DNA of 64,000 nucleotides from an uncultured Ottowia sp. (GTDB lineage: Bacteria > Pseudomonadota > Gammaproteobacteria > Burkholderiales > Burkholderiaceae_C), in assembly GCA_964534975.1 (NCBI GenBank), contig CAZHSD010000005.1, forward strand, positions 28,090 to 92,089, in the 5' to 3' direction. Positions 1-10,723 of the stretch are shown in pieces. The translations under genes were made by a program, and so were the position numbers. Position 1 is the first letter of the stretch. The number at the start of each line of letters is the position of its first letter. The notes beneath the pieces were generated by a model, which worked only from the letters and a program-made list of their open reading frames with translations, did not search any database and had not been told where the DNA came from.

Positions 1-65
1 GCGATGCCGATGCGCAGCCGGCTGCCGTCGAGTTCGGTGACTTGTCCCTTGTCGGCTTCAAGCAT
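1..65 (-). CDS. ribH: 6,7-dimethyl-8-ribityllumazine synthase, 5' part (runs off window)
   Basis: Manual translation MLEADKGQVTELDGSRLRIGI resembles the RibH N-terminus; lies directly downstream of ribBA. Confidence 0.8.
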   Translation of the reverse strand, partial: MLEADKGQVTELDGSRLRIGI

Positions 66-75
66 GGTCGCGGAT

Positions 76-1209
76 TCAGTTTTGATGCAGGTAGCCGACC
101 ACTTCCAGGCCGAAGCCGCCGGTCATGCTCGGCAGCCGGCGCGGCGTGCCCATCAGCTGCATGCGCTGCACGCCGCAGTCGCGCAGGATCTGGGCGCCGA
201 CGCCGTAGCTGCGCAGGTCCATGCGGCCGCGCTCGGGCGCGTGCGTGGCGCGCGCCCGGCCCTGGAACTGGGCCAGCAACTGCTCGGCGCTTTCGCCGCA
301 GTTGAGGAACACCGCCACGCCGCGGCCTTCCTGCACCAGGCGGCGCAGGCTGGCGTCCACGCTCCACGAGTGCATCCCGCTGTCCGCCTCCAGCACGTCC
401 AGCACCGACAGCGGCTCGTGCACGCGCACCGGCACCACGTCCTGCGGCGACCATTGGCCGAACGCCAGCGCCAGGTGCAGGGCGCCGCTGGGCTTGTCGC
501 GATAGGCATGGGCTGTGAACTCGCCGTGCGCGGTGCGCAGGGGGCGGCTGGCGATCTTCTCGACCAGCGATTCGGTCGCGCTGCGGTGCTCGATCAGGTC
601 GGCGATGGTGCCGATCTTCAGCCCGTGCTCGGCGGCGAACAGCTGCAGATCGGGCAGGCGCGCCATGCTGCCGTCGCTCTTCATGATCTCGCAGATCACC
701 GCCGCCGGCGTGCAGCCGGCCATCGCCGTCAGGTCGCAACCCGCCTCGGTGTGGCCGGCTCGCATCAGCACGCCGCCGTCGACGGCCTGGATGGGAAACA
801 CATGGCCTGGCTGCACGATGTCGTCGGCGTTGCCGCGGATCGCGACCTGGATGGTGCGCGCGCGGTCGGCGGCCGAGATGCCGGTGGTGACGCCCTCGGC
901 GGCTTCGATCGACTGCGTGAACGCGGTGCCGTAGCGGGTGCCGTTGCGCTCGGCCATCGGTCCCAGGCCCAGTTCCTGGCAGCGCGCGCGCGTCAGCGTC
1001 AGGCAGACCAGGCCGCGCGCATGCGTGACCATGAAGTTGATCGCCTCGGGCGTGACGTGCTCGGCGGCCAGCACCAGATCGCCCTCGTTCTCGCGGTCTT
1101 CTTCGTCGACCAGGATCACCATGCGGCCGGCGCGCAGCTCGGCGACGATGTCCTCGACCGGCGAGATGGCGGCCAGCGCGGACGGGACGGAGGGCAGGGG
1201 GGCGTTCAT
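76..1209 (-). CDS. ribBA: DHBP synthase fused to a GTP cyclohydrolase II-like domain (RibBA/RibBX type)
   Basis: [30 protein letters not shown] motifs; C-terminal [12 protein letters not shown]. Confidence 0.92.
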   Translation of the reverse strand: MNAPLPSVPSALAAISPVEDIVAELRAGRMVILVDEEDRENEGDLVLAAEHVTPEAINFMVTHARGLVCLTLTRARCQELGLGPMAERNGTRYGTAFTQSIEAAEGVTTGISAADRARTIQVAIRGNADDIVQPGHVFPIQAVDGGVLMRAGHTEAGCDLTAMAGCTPAAVICEIMKSDGSMARLPDLQLFAAEHGLKIGTIADLIEHRSATESLVEKIASRPLRTAHGEFTAHAYRDKPSGALHLALAFGQWSPQDVVPVRVHEPLSVLDVLEADSGMHSWSVDASLRRLVQEGRGVAVFLNCGESAEQLLAQFQGRARATHAPERGRMDLRSYGVGAQILRDCGVQRMQLMGTPRRLPSMTGGFGLEVVGYLHQN

Positions 1210-1356
1210 GCGGATATCAAAGAGCGAATGGCGCGGACGGCGCCCGTGGCGCCTCGGGGCGAGGCGATGAAACCGACATTATCCGTGCTTTGGTCATCCG
1301 CCAGTCGGTTGCGGGCTTGGGTGCGGATGCCTGTGCCGCCCGGCGATCGGCACCGT

Positions 1357-1995
1357 TCAGGGGGCCAGGCGTTCGCGGACCCAGGCGTCCTGCTGGCGCC
1401 GATAGCACAGCCGGTCGTGCAGCCGGCTCTTGCGGCCCTGCCAGAACTCCCAGCGGTCCGGCCGCAGGCGGTAGCCGCCCCAATGCGGTGGGCGCGGCGG
1501 GTTGAGCAGGAACCTGGCGCCGTACTTGGCGGCCTCGGCGACCAGCCAGGCGTGGCCGGGGATCACCTGGCTTTGCGGGCTGGCCCAGGCGCCCAGGCGG
1601 TGGTCGAGCGGGCGGCTGCGGTAGTAAGCGTCGCTGTCGGCGTCGCTGACCTGCTCGACCAGGCCCTCGATGCGCACCACGCGCTCGAGCTCGACCCAGT
1701 GGAACTGCAGCGCCGCATAGGGGTTGCCGGCCAGTTGCTGGCCCTTGCGGCTGGCGTAGTTGGTGTACCAGACCAGGCCGTGCTCGTCGAACGCCTTGAT
1801 CAGCACCACCCGCGTGCTGGGGCGCAGGTCGTGGCCGACGGTGGCCAGCGTCATGGCGTTGGGCTCGGGCACCTCGCTCTTGCGCGCTTCCTCGAACCAC
1901 TGCGCGAACTGCCGCATCGGGTCGGCGTGCGAGGCGTCCTCGGACAGCTGGGCGCGCTCGTAGCTCTTGCGCAACTGGGCGATGTCTTGGCTCAT
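1357..1995 (-). CDS. pdxH: Pyridoxamine 5'-phosphate oxidase
   Basis: [37 protein letters not shown]; start set at [12 protein letters not shown]. Confidence 0.97.
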   Translation of the reverse strand: MSQDIAQLRKSYERAQLSEDASHADPMRQFAQWFEEARKSEVPEPNAMTLATVGHDLRPSTRVVLIKAFDEHGLVWYTNYASRKGQQLAGNPYAALQFHWVELERVVRIEGLVEQVSDADSDAYYRSRPLDHRLGAWASPQSQVIPGHAWLVAEAAKYGARFLLNPPRPPHWGGYRLRPDRWEFWQGRKSRLHDRLCYRRQQDAWVRERLAP

Positions 1996-2011
1996 GGCGG
2001 CAGTATAGGAA

Positions 2012-2656
2012 TCAGCCGTGCGCGTCTTCATCGGCCAGCGCCAGCAGCGCGCCCAGGCGGCGGTCGCTGACGCCGTGCGCGCGCAGGCTCTCGTGCGTCT
2101 GGCGCGCGTAGTCGAGCGTGCTGCCGTAGCGCCCCACCGCGTGACGGAAGATGTGGCGATACTGCTCGCGCGGCAGCGCGCCGGTGTAGGCCGGACTGCG
2201 GCGCGACAGGGTGAAGGCCAGCGCCTCCACGGCGCCGTGCGGCGTGGCGCAGGGCAGCCAGCGCGCGTCGTAGACGCCGCTGGGCATCTCGCGTGCCCAC
2301 AGCAGGTCGAACACCGCTTCGGCGTCGCGCCGCGGGACGCGAAAGATCACGCCGCGGCAGCTGCCGCCGGGCAGCAGGGCGAACACCAGGCCGGGTTGTT
2401 CCGGCGTGCCGCGGTTGACGCGGCTCCACATGGCGAGCGCGCGATGCCAGCCATGCACGCGCGTCGTGTGGCGCTCGCTGTACTCGAAATCCGGCCGCCA
2501 GATCAGGGACGCGTAGCCGAACACCCACAGGTCCGCCTGCGCGCCGGCACGGCGGCGCCAGTCGGCGCGCGCGTGCGCCAGCATCTGCAGCGGGTCGCGC
2601 CCCGGCGGGCGCAGGTGCTCGTAATGCGCATAGGTGCTGGTGTCAGCGGGACGCAT
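2012..2656 (-). CDS. chaC: ChaC-family gamma-glutamylcyclotransferase
   Basis: [27 protein letters not shown]. Confidence 0.88.
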   Translation of the reverse strand: MRPADTSTYAHYEHLRPPGRDPLQMLAHARADWRRRAGAQADLWVFGYASLIWRPDFEYSERHTTRVHGWHRALAMWSRVNRGTPEQPGLVFALLPGGSCRGVIFRVPRRDAEAVFDLLWAREMPSGVYDARWLPCATPHGAVEALAFTLSRRSPAYTGALPREQYRHIFRHAVGRYGSTLDYARQTHESLRAHGVSDRRLGALLALADEDAHG

Positions 2657-2698
2657 GAGTGAACTTTATACAATCGCGGCACGATTCCTGGAGTACAC

Positions 2699-3289
2699 AT
2701 GAGTTCAGATGACAACGACCACCAAGGCGTGGTGTGGGCCGTGCTGATCGGCGTGATCCTGCTGGCGGTGAGCCTGGCGATCGGCATGGGGCTGTACCGC
2801 ACCGGGCAGGGCGCGGCCGGCTCGGCCGGTGCTGCAACGGCGGTGGCCGCCGGGCCCGGCGCGGGTGGCACGGCGGCGTCGGCTGACGGCGCTGCGGCGG
2901 CACCTGCCGCGGCCACCAGCGATGCCGCACCGGGTTCGACCGCAGCTGCCGCGGCCACCGACGGCGCCAGCGTGCGGGTCGATGACGGCGTGGTCAAGTT
3001 CTATTTCGCCAGCGGCAGTGCCGAGCTGGCCGCCGGCGCCCAGGAAGCGCTGGCCGACATCGTCAAGGGCGTGGCGGCGGGCCAGACGGCGGTGATCAGC
3101 GGTTACCACGACACCACGGGCGATCCGGCCCGCAACGAGGAGCTGGCCAAGCAGCGCGCCTTTGCCGTGCGCGATGCGCTGAGGGCGCTGGGCATCGGCG
3201 AGGACAAGCTGGAGTTGGAGAAGCCCGCGGTCACGACCGATGCCGGCCACACCGCCGAGGCGCGTCGGGTCGAGGTGTCGCTCAAGTAG
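2699..3289 (+). CDS. Membrane-anchored OmpA-like peptidoglycan-binding domain protein
   Basis: N-terminal TM helix, Ala-rich linker, FASGSAEL...GYHDTTG...NEELAKQRA...ARRVEV. Confidence 0.88.
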   Translation: MSSDDNDHQGVVWAVLIGVILLAVSLAIGMGLYRTGQGAAGSAGAATAVAAGPGAGGTAASADGAAAAPAAATSDAAPGSTAAAAATDGASVRVDDGVVKFYFASGSAELAAGAQEALADIVKGVAAGQTAVISGYHDTTGDPARNEELAKQRAFAVRDALRALGIGEDKLELEKPAVTTDAGHTAEARRVEVSLK

Positions 3290-3311
3290 GCGGCGCTTCG
3301 TTTAGTCCCCC

Positions 3312-3338
3312 GAAACCCGGCGCTGGCCGGGTTTCTTG
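3312..3338 (+). terminator. Intrinsic terminator after the OmpA-like gene
   Basis: GAAACCCGGC-GCTG-GCCGGGTTTC followed by T-rich bases. Confidence 0.7.
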
Positions 3339-3372
3339 TCTTGGGGGCCGAAGCGCGTGCGACGAACGCGCA

Positions 3373-3437
3373 TCGACCGGCTCGGCGCGAACGGTGTGCG
3401 GAGTGCATGCGCGCTTCGACGGGTTCGGGGTCCACGG
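3373..3437. repeat. Two degenerate REP-like units
   Basis: TCGACCGGCTCGGCGCGAACGG and TTCGACGGGTTCGGGGTCCACGG, similar to each other, between convergent genes. Confidence 0.4.
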
Positions 3438-3491
3438 CACGGCGAGTGAGCCAAGCATCGCGCTGGGTGCGTGGACGGGCGCAGGCTGATG

Positions 3492-5012
3492 TCAGTCGCC
3501 GGCCGTGCGTCCCGCGGCGACGCCGCGCAGAAAGCCCAGGATCTCGCGCGTGACGCCCAGTGGCTCCAGCAGCGTCGCCAGCAGCATCAGGTCGCGCGCG
3601 GCGCCGATGCTGGTCTGCAGCTCGGTCGCCTGGTCCTGCCAGCGTCGCGTGCGCTCGCGCGGCAGCACGGCGCGCAGGGCTTCCAGCACGTAGCGCGTGC
3701 GCTTGGCCAGCAGGCGCACGTTGTGCTGGTGCTCGATGCCCTCGGGCGATTGCAGGTCGGTTTCCTGCATCTCCTTGACCTCGCCCTGCAGTCGTGCGTG
3801 CAGGCGCTTGGTGCGCCAGGCGGCCCAGCCCTCGATCGCCTCCCCGGCCAGTTCGGGCGTCCAGGCCGCCTGCGGCAGTGCGTGCAGCCAGCGCTCCAAC
3901 TGCAGCAGCGCCTGGCCGGTGGCCGGCGACTGCAGCGTCGACAGCAGCGCGCTGCGCCGGATGCGGCGCTCGGCGGCCACCGCCGCTTCCATGGTCTGCC
4001 ATTGCTGGGCGCGCTCGGCGTCGCCGGCGATGTAGGCCTCGCACCATTGCGGCAGGCTTTCCAGCGCCGCCACGTCCAGGTCGCGCGTGGCACCGAGCGC
4101 GTTCAGCAGTGGACGCAGGCCGCTGAGGTCCGGCCGCGGGTGGTTGGCCAGCAGTGGCTTGAACAGCCACAGCGCGCTGCGCCAGCGGCGCCAGCCGACG
4201 CGCGCCTGATGCACCAGTTCGGCGCCGTCGGAATCCACGATGCCGCACAGGTTTTGGGTGAACTGGCCCAGCATCTCGCCCAGCACCGCCTGTGCCGCCG
4301 TCAGCACCGGCGTCTCGGGTGCCAGCTCCGGCTTGCGCGCCCGCCGCGGCGCGTGGCTGGTGCCGTCCAGCAGCCGCCAGCCGCGCTCGGCCTTGCTGAG
4401 CGGGGCCGGCAGCACCGCCAGTTCGGCGGTGATGTGCTCGGCCAGCTCGAACAGCGCATCGGGCCGGCCCTTGAGCAGTTCCAACTCCAGCTCGCACAGC
4501 TCGGCCCGCAGCTCGCCGGCGCGCACCGAACCGATGTCCAGCACCACCTCGATGCGGCTGCCGTCGTCCGCGGTGTACAGCCGCAGCGTGCGCACGGCCT
4601 CGGTTTCAAAACAGGGTGCAAGCTGCGGCAGCAGCTGGCCATCGGGGTCCAGCGTCGGCCAGGGCGTGCCTTGCAGCACGATCGGGTCGAGCTCGCCGCT
4701 GCGCACGCTGGCTTCCCACTCGCCGCGCTGGCTCAGGCCGCCGGCCCCGGCGGCATCACCGGTTTTCAGCGTCTGCAACCAGCGTGCGCGGCCACGGCCC
4801 TGACGCAGGCTGCGCAGGCGCAGGGCGGCGCCGGCCCGGCGCAGGTGCTGCTCGGGCGTGTCGAAGTACAGATTCTTCAGGCGCTGCTCGGTGGGCGGCA
4901 GCTCGCTCAGCTGCGCGATGGCGGCCAGTTGGCCGCCGATCCGCTTTGGATCAGCGCCGGGCAGGGCCAGCTTGAGTTCGATCTCGGCGCTGGCGGGTGA
5001 GGGATGAATCAT
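3492..5012 (-). CDS. CYTH + CHAD domain protein (inorganic triphosphatase YgiF-like)
   Basis: EIELK, YFDTP, LRLR, ELELEL CYTH motifs; HQARVGWRRWRS, RDLDV, HNVRLLAKRTRY CHAD motifs; start uncertain (5012 or 5027). Confidence 0.9.
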   Translation of the reverse strand: MIHPSPASAEIELKLALPGADPKRIGGQLAAIAQLSELPPTEQRLKNLYFDTPEQHLRRAGAALRLRSLRQGRGRARWLQTLKTGDAAGAGGLSQRGEWEASVRSGELDPIVLQGTPWPTLDPDGQLLPQLAPCFETEAVRTLRLYTADDGSRIEVVLDIGSVRAGELRAELCELELELLKGRPDALFELAEHITAELAVLPAPLSKAERGWRLLDGTSHAPRRARKPELAPETPVLTAAQAVLGEMLGQFTQNLCGIVDSDGAELVHQARVGWRRWRSALWLFKPLLANHPRPDLSGLRPLLNALGATRDLDVAALESLPQWCEAYIAGDAERAQQWQTMEAAVAAERRIRRSALLSTLQSPATGQALLQLERWLHALPQAAWTPELAGEAIEGWAAWRTKRLHARLQGEVKEMQETDLQSPEGIEHQHNVRLLAKRTRYVLEALRAVLPRERTRRWQDQATELQTSIGAARDLMLLATLLEPLGVTREILGFLRGVAAGRTAGD

Positions 5013-5118
5013 GGGCTGACGCTGCATCAACCACGGGCTGGATGCAGCAAGAAAGCGGACGGTCCATTTGACCGGCAATTTGGGTCAGGATCATGACAGC
5101 AGGGAAGGCCGGCGTGCA

Positions 5119-5532
5119 TCAGCGCAAGCCCTGACCAGCCTGGGCTTCGCTGCGCTGAATCAATTCGATCTTGTAACCATCGGGGTCGGTGACGAAGGCG
5201 ATCACGGTGGTGCCGCCCTTGACCGGCCCGGCGTCGCGCGTGACCTGGCCACCGGCGGCCCTGATCTTCTCGCAGGCCGCATAGGCGTCGGGCACGCCAA
5301 TGGCGATGTGACCGTAGGCGTTGCCCATGTCGTACTGCTCGGTGCCCCAGTTATAGGTCAGTTCGATCTCGGCCTGGCCGGGGTTGCCGCCGGCGTAGCC
5401 GACGAAGGCCAGCGAGTACTTGTACTCGGGGTTCTCCGAGGTGCGCAGCAATTGCATGCCCAGCACCTTCGTATAGAAATCGATCGAACGTTGCAGATCG
5501 CCGACGCGCAGCATGGTGTGAAGAACTCTCAT
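5119..5532 (-). CDS. gloA: Lactoylglutathione lyase (glyoxalase I)
   Basis: [37 protein letters not shown]. Confidence 0.97.
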   Translation of the reverse strand: MRVLHTMLRVGDLQRSIDFYTKVLGMQLLRTSENPEYKYSLAFVGYAGGNPGQAEIELTYNWGTEQYDMGNAYGHIAIGVPDAYAACEKIRAAGGQVTRDAGPVKGGTTVIAFVTDPDGYKIELIQRSEAQAGQGLR

Positions 5533-5801
5533 GGGTCTATTGTCGCCGTTTGCGTTCGTGCCGGTGATCGAGCCGGACAATATGCAATATATTTCCTGTT
5601 TGGGCTACAATCGGCGCCCAGTTCATAGGGAAGGCCCGAGTCGAGGCGTCCCTGGCGATGGCTAGACTCGGCTGTCACGCACAGCCGCTTGTTCAGGAGA
5701 CGATACCCCGTGGGCTCGAAACGAATGGTGCCGCGTGCTGCGGCCGGCAGGTCGGTGCGTGCGCGTGACGGGCTGCGGCATGCGCGCGGCTGGGTGACGC
5801 C

Positions 5802-6329
5802 ATGAATGGCGCGCTGGGCATGCGCGAGGGTCCGGTCGGGCGGGTGCTGCACCTGCTGTGCGACATCTGCGCCGTGATCGGCGGCATCGTGCTGATCGCC
5901 ATGGCCGGGATGACGGTGTTCAGCGTCATCGGCCGGACCTTCTTCAACTCGCCGATCCTGGGCGACGTCGAACTGGTGCAGCTGGGCCTGGCGGTGTGCG
6001 TGGCGACCTTCCTGCCCTACACCCAGTTTCGCAGCGCCAACATCATCGTCGACTTCTTCACCACCCGGGTCAGTGCCGGCACGCAGCGCTGGATGGACGG
6101 CCTGGGCGCCTTCCTGTACGCCTGCTGCACCGCGCTGATCGCCTGGCGCGTGTATGCCGGCGCCGTGATGAGCTACGAGAACCAGGAAGCCTCGATGCTG
6201 ATGAACCTGCCGATCTGGATTCCGTATGCGCTGATGGTGCCGGGCTTCGCGCTGTGCACCCTGGTGGGCCTGTACCAGGCCTGGCGCTATTGGAGCGGCG
6301 CCGACGTGGTGGAGCCAGCCGCGTCATGA
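5802..6329 (+). CDS. TRAP transporter small permease (DctQ)
   Basis: Four TM segments, VIGR, NIIVDFF; ATGA overlap with the large permease. Confidence 0.9.
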   Translation: MNGALGMREGPVGRVLHLLCDICAVIGGIVLIAMAGMTVFSVIGRTFFNSPILGDVELVQLGLAVCVATFLPYTQFRSANIIVDFFTTRVSAGTQRWMDGLGAFLYACCTALIAWRVYAGAVMSYENQEASMLMNLPIWIPYALMVPGFALCTLVGLYQAWRYWSGADVVEPAAS

Positions 6330-7648
6330 GCACCATGATGATCGGCATCTCGCTGTTCGGCTTCATGCTGCTGCTGATGGCGGTGCGCGTGCCGATCGCG
6401 ATCGCCATGTTCGTGCCGGGCGCGGTGGGCTACCTGGCCCTGTCCGGCTGGGATCCGCTGCTGGCGCACCTGCGCGGCGCGGTGTACGGACGCGTGTCGG
6501 TGTACGACCTGTCGGTGATCCCGCTGTTCATGCTGATGGGCGCGTTCGCGGTCAACGGCGGCCTGTCGAAGGCGCTGTTCGATTTCGCCAACGCGCTGCT
6601 CGGGCGCTTCAAGGGCGGCATGGCGATGGCCGGCATCCTGGCCTGCGCCGCCTTCGGCGCCATCTCCGGCTCCACCGTGGCGACCACCGCCACCATCGCG
6701 CAGGTGGCCTATCCGGAGATGCGGCGCATCAACTACTCGGGCCGGCTGGCCACCGCGGCGCTGGCCACCGGCGGCACCATGGGCGTGCTGCTGCCGCCCT
6801 CGGTCACGCTGATGGTCTACGCCATCCTTACCGAGCAGAACATCACCAAGACCTTCCTGGCCGCCTATGTGCCGGCGTTCCTGGCGGCGGCCGGCTATAT
6901 CGCGGCAATCGCCATCTACGTGCGCCTGAAGCCGGACCACGCGCCCGACGCGCGCGCCGCCAGCGGCGCCGAGATCGTGCAGGCGGCGGGCGGCGTGTGG
7001 CCGATTGCGCTGATCTTCGTCGCCGTGTTCGGCGGCATCTACGGCGGCATCTTCACGCCGACCGAGGGCGCGGCCATCGGCTCGACCCTGACCTTCGTCA
7101 TCTCGCTGCTCAAGCGCCAGCTGACCTTCAGGAAGACCATGGACTCGATCCGCACCACGGCGGTGACCAGCGGCATGATCTTCATGATCTTCATCGGCGC
7201 CGACATGATCAACGCCTCGCTGGCGCTGTCGCAGCTGCCCAACCAGCTGGCCGAGGTGATCGCCAACGCCGACATCGCGCCGGTGGTGGTGATGGGCGCG
7301 ATCATGATCTTCTACGTCATCCTCGGCGCCGTGATGGACGAGATGTCGATGATCCTGCTGACGGTGCCGGTGCTGTTTCCGGTCATCATGGGGCTGGACT
7401 TCTTCGGCCTGGACGCGTCCGAGAAGGCGCTGTGGTTCGGCGTGCTGATCCTCAGCGTGTGCGCGATCGGCATGATCTTCCCGCCGGTGGGCCTGAACGT
7501 GTACATCATGAACGGCCTGGCCAAGGACGTGCCGATGATCGAAACCTACAAGGGCGTGCTGCTGTTCCTGAGCTGGGACTTTATCCGCCTGGCGCTGCTG
7601 ATCCTGTTCCCCGGCATCACGCTGTGGATGGTGCGGCTGTTTTCCTGA
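6326..7648 (+). CDS. TRAP transporter large permease (DctM)
   Basis: VIPLFMLMG, FGAISGS, GGTMGVLLPPS, FTPTEGAA, PPVGLN. Confidence 0.95.
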   Translation: MSTMMIGISLFGFMLLLMAVRVPIAIAMFVPGAVGYLALSGWDPLLAHLRGAVYGRVSVYDLSVIPLFMLMGAFAVNGGLSKALFDFANALLGRFKGGMAMAGILACAAFGAISGSTVATTATIAQVAYPEMRRINYSGRLATAALATGGTMGVLLPPSVTLMVYAILTEQNITKTFLAAYVPAFLAAAGYIAAIAIYVRLKPDHAPDARAASGAEIVQAAGGVWPIALIFVAVFGGIYGGIFTPTEGAAIGSTLTFVISLLKRQLTFRKTMDSIRTTAVTSGMIFMIFIGADMINASLALSQLPNQLAEVIANADIAPVVVMGAIMIFYVILGAVMDEMSMILLTVPVLFPVIMGLDFFGLDASEKALWFGVLILSVCAIGMIFPPVGLNVYIMNGLAKDVPMIETYKGVLLFLSWDFIRLALLILFPGITLWMVRLFS

Positions 7649-7683
7649 TTCCAACCCCCTGTCCCCCAAGGAGACGTACTGAA

Positions 7684-8715
7684 ATGAGCTCGATCCTGAA
7701 CAAGTTCGCCATCGCCGGCGCGCTGGCGCTCGCCGCCGGCGCCGTATCGGCGCAGACGGTGCTGAAGGTGCACCACTTCCTGCCCTCGGGCTCCAGCGCG
7801 CAGCAGAAGATCATCGCGCCCTGGTGCGCCAAGATCGAGAAGGAGTCGGAGGGCGACCTCAAGTGCCAGATCTACCCGGCCATGCAGCTCGGCGGCACGC
7901 CGCCGCAGCTGCTCGACCAGGTGCGCGACGGCGTGGCCGACATCGTCTGGTCGGTGCCCACCTATTCGGCCGGCCGCTACACCAAGACCGAGGTGTTCGA
8001 GCTGCCGTTCATGGCGATCAACGCCAAGCAGGGTTCGCAGGCGCTGTGGGAGTACACGCAGAAGAACGCGCTGGATGAGTTCAAGGGCATCAAGCCGCTG
8101 TTCATGCACACCACCGAAGGCTATGTGATGCATTCCAACATGCCGATCCACAAGCTGGAGGACATGAAGGGCAAGAAGATCCGCACCGCCACCCGCGTCA
8201 GCGCGCGCATGATGGCCGCCATGGGTGGCACGCCGGTGCAGATGCCGCTGCCGCAGGTGGCCGACGCGCTGTCCAAGGGCGTGGTCGACGGCGTGCTGGT
8301 GCCCTGGGAGGCGCTGCCCGCCACCAAGCTGCACGAGATCGTCAAGTACCACCTGGACGCGCCGCTCGGCTCGCCGCGCTTTGCCAACACCATCTTCATC
8401 TTCGGCATGAACCAGGGCAAGTACGACAGCCTGACGCCCAAGCAGAAGAAGGTGATCGACGACAACTCCGGCCTGGCGGCTTCGGCCTGGGCCGGCGAGG
8501 AAGGCTTCGACAACATCGTCGAGCCGTATTCCAAGATGGCGCGTGACCGCGGCAACACCATGTCGGTGATTTCCAAGGAAGAACTGGAGCGCTGGGAAAA
8601 GGCCACCGCCGGCGTCGACGAGATCTGGCTCAAGGACGTGGCGGCCAAGGGCGGCGACGGCAAGAAGCTGATCGAGGAAGCCAAGGCGCTGCTGCAGAAG
8701 TACGCGCCCAAGTAA
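7684..8715 (+). CDS. TRAP substrate-binding protein (DctP)
   Basis: Signal peptide, IYPAMQLGG, DGVADI, KGKKIR; RBS AAGGAG. Confidence 0.95.
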   Translation: MSSILNKFAIAGALALAAGAVSAQTVLKVHHFLPSGSSAQQKIIAPWCAKIEKESEGDLKCQIYPAMQLGGTPPQLLDQVRDGVADIVWSVPTYSAGRYTKTEVFELPFMAINAKQGSQALWEYTQKNALDEFKGIKPLFMHTTEGYVMHSNMPIHKLEDMKGKKIRTATRVSARMMAAMGGTPVQMPLPQVADALSKGVVDGVLVPWEALPATKLHEIVKYHLDAPLGSPRFANTIFIFGMNQGKYDSLTPKQKKVIDDNSGLAASAWAGEEGFDNIVEPYSKMARDRGNTMSVISKEELERWEKATAGVDEIWLKDVAAKGGDGKKLIEEAKALLQKYAPK

Positions 8716-8852
8716 GCGCGCCAGCGCCGGACGGCTCGGGCCGGGCGCCGCCTGTGCGGTGGCGCCCGGCTTTCCTGATTCGCGGCGGCGTGTGGGACGC
8801 CATCCGGGGCCCTTGCGTCGACGCGTGCCTGGTCGACTTGGCGGGCGGTGCG

Positions 8853-9677
8853 TCAGATCGGAAGCGGTCCTTCGAACGCCTGCACGTGGCTGAAATGGCA
8901 GGCGATGCCGTCGCTGGCGGTCCAGCGGTACACGCCGATCATCGGCGGCTCCAGCCGACAGGCGAGCGGGGCGCCGGGGCGCAGGTTCAGGTCGATCTGG
9001 TGCGAGCTTGACGGCGCCACCACCACCGGCGCGCCGCCCAGCAGGCCCAGGATGGGGCGGTGCATGTGGCCGGCCGCGATCAGTTGCACGCCGCCGTGCG
9101 CCGCCACCAGCGTGGCGAGTTCGGCGCGGCCGCGCAGCAGTCCCAGGTCGTCCATGGCCGTGATGCCGGTGATCATCGGCGGGTGGTGCATGAAGATCAG
9201 CACTGGTTGGCCGGTGCAGCGCTGCAACGTCGACTGCAGCCAGTCGAGCTGTGCGTCATCCAGCGCACCGTGCGGCTGGCCTGGCAACACCGTGTCCAGG
9301 CCGATGAAATGCAGGCCGCCGTGCTGCACGTGCAGGCAGACCTGGTCGGGTGGCGCGCCTGCGGCCGGCGGCATCAACTCGCCGAGCAGGCGGCGTGCCA
9401 CGTCCGGCCGATCGTGGTTGCCGGGGACGGCCAGCACCAGCGGCGCGCGAGCGGCATGTCCGGGCAGCTCCTCTGCCAGCAGCTGCTGCAGCGTGCGGTA
9501 GTCCTGTTCCCGGCCGCATTCGCTCAGGTCGCCGCTCAGCAGCAGCACCTCGGGAGCGGGGTCGAACCGGCCCACGTGCGCCAGGGCGCGGCGCAGTCCG
9601 GCAACGGGGTCGGAGCGACTGCCCAGTTCAGCCGAGCCAAGGCCAATGTGCGGGTCGGTGATGTGGGCAATCAGCAT
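8853..9677 (-). CDS. Metallophosphoesterase, CpdA/GpdQ-like phosphodiesterase
   Basis: ITDPH, SGDL, PGNHD, MHHPP, GHMH. Confidence 0.9.
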   Translation of the reverse strand: MLIAHITDPHIGLGSAELGSRSDPVAGLRRALAHVGRFDPAPEVLLLSGDLSECGREQDYRTLQQLLAEELPGHAARAPLVLAVPGNHDRPDVARRLLGELMPPAAGAPPDQVCLHVQHGGLHFIGLDTVLPGQPHGALDDAQLDWLQSTLQRCTGQPVLIFMHHPPMITGITAMDDLGLLRGRAELATLVAAHGGVQLIAAGHMHRPILGLLGGAPVVVAPSSSHQIDLNLRPGAPLACRLEPPMIGVYRWTASDGIACHFSHVQAFEGPLPI

Positions 9678-9836
9678 GGTGCTGCTTTGTACACCGGCGC
9701 GATGCGCTTGCCGTGCCTTGCCGGGGCGACAAAGCGAAAAGATTCCCGAGTGGCGGGCAATAAATCTCAGTTCCGGCCCATTGCGCCACACGCCGATGGT
9801 GGCGGCGGCGCCGGAGGGTGCGCTGGTCCGGTGCGG

Positions 9837-10619
9837 CTACACCGGCACCGTGTAGTTCAGCGCCATGCGCCCGCCGTCGACCATGATGATTTCGCCGGTG
9901 ATGTAGCTGGCGGCGTCGCTGGCCAGGAAGGCCACCACGTCGGCGATCTCGCTCGGTTCACCCAGGCGCTTCATCGGCGTGCGCATCATGATCTTCTGGC
10001 GCGCCTCTTCACTGGTCAGCACCGCCTTGGCCGCCAGCTCGGTGGCGATGGTGCCGGGGCCGACGGCGTTGACGCGCACGCCCCGGTCGGCCAGCGCCAG
10101 CGCCATGGCGCGCGTGAGCTGGTTGATGCCGCCCTTGCTGACGTTGTAGCTGGCGATGTCCGGAATCGCCAGCACGCTGTTGACCGAACTCATGTTGACG
10201 ATGGCACCGCGGCCGGCCCTGGCCATCTCGCGCGCCACCGCCTGCGCCACCAGGAAGGCGCCCTTGAGGTTGACGCGCAGCACGGCGTCGAAGTCGGCTT
10301 CGCTGACGTCGAGGAAGGGCGCCGCCTTGAAGATGCCGGCGTTGTTGACCAGCACGTCGACGCGGCCGTGCGCAGCCATGACCTGGGCCACCAGCGCATC
10401 GACCTGCGCCTTGTCGCCGACGTCGCAGTGCAGGTACAGCGCGCCCAGCTCGGCCGCCAGCGCCTGGCCGCGCTGGTCGGCGACGTCGGCAATGACGACC
10501 TGCGCGCCCTCGCGCGCGAAGCGGCGCGCGCAGGCCTCGCCGATGCCTTGCGCGGCGCCGGTGACGATGACGACGCGGCCCTGCAGGCCGAAGGAAACGG
10601 AGGCGGTATCGGGGTTCAT
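9837..10619 (-). CDS. SDR family oxidoreductase
   Basis: TGAAQGIG, NNAG, YNVSK, VDGG. Confidence 0.95.
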   Translation of the reverse strand: MNPDTASVSFGLQGRVVIVTGAAQGIGEACARRFAREGAQVVIADVADQRGQALAAELGALYLHCDVGDKAQVDALVAQVMAAHGRVDVLVNNAGIFKAAPFLDVSEADFDAVLRVNLKGAFLVAQAVAREMARAGRGAIVNMSSVNSVLAIPDIASYNVSKGGINQLTRAMALALADRGVRVNAVGPGTIATELAAKAVLTSEEARQKIMMRTPMKRLGEPSEIADVVAFLASDAASYITGEIIMVDGGRMALNYTVPV

Positions 10620-10723
10620 GGCGGTTTTTTTTGACTGGGCGGGCAGGTCGCGCGCAACAGCGGCATTGTCCGGCATCCGCGTCGGCCTCTACACTGCGCG
10701 CCAGACCCGATCACACCATTGCC

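Noticed and set aside
1210..1356. FMN riboswitch upstream of ribBA
   Set aside because: No recognisable RFN conserved blocks by eye; a covariance search would settle it
4..2070. Long ORFs antisense to or overlapping real genes (e.g. 4-2070, 15694-17976, 26105-28459, 52254-55964, 58503-61127)
   Set aside because: Shadow frames expected from high GC3; low-complexity products with no motifs, opposite well-supported genes
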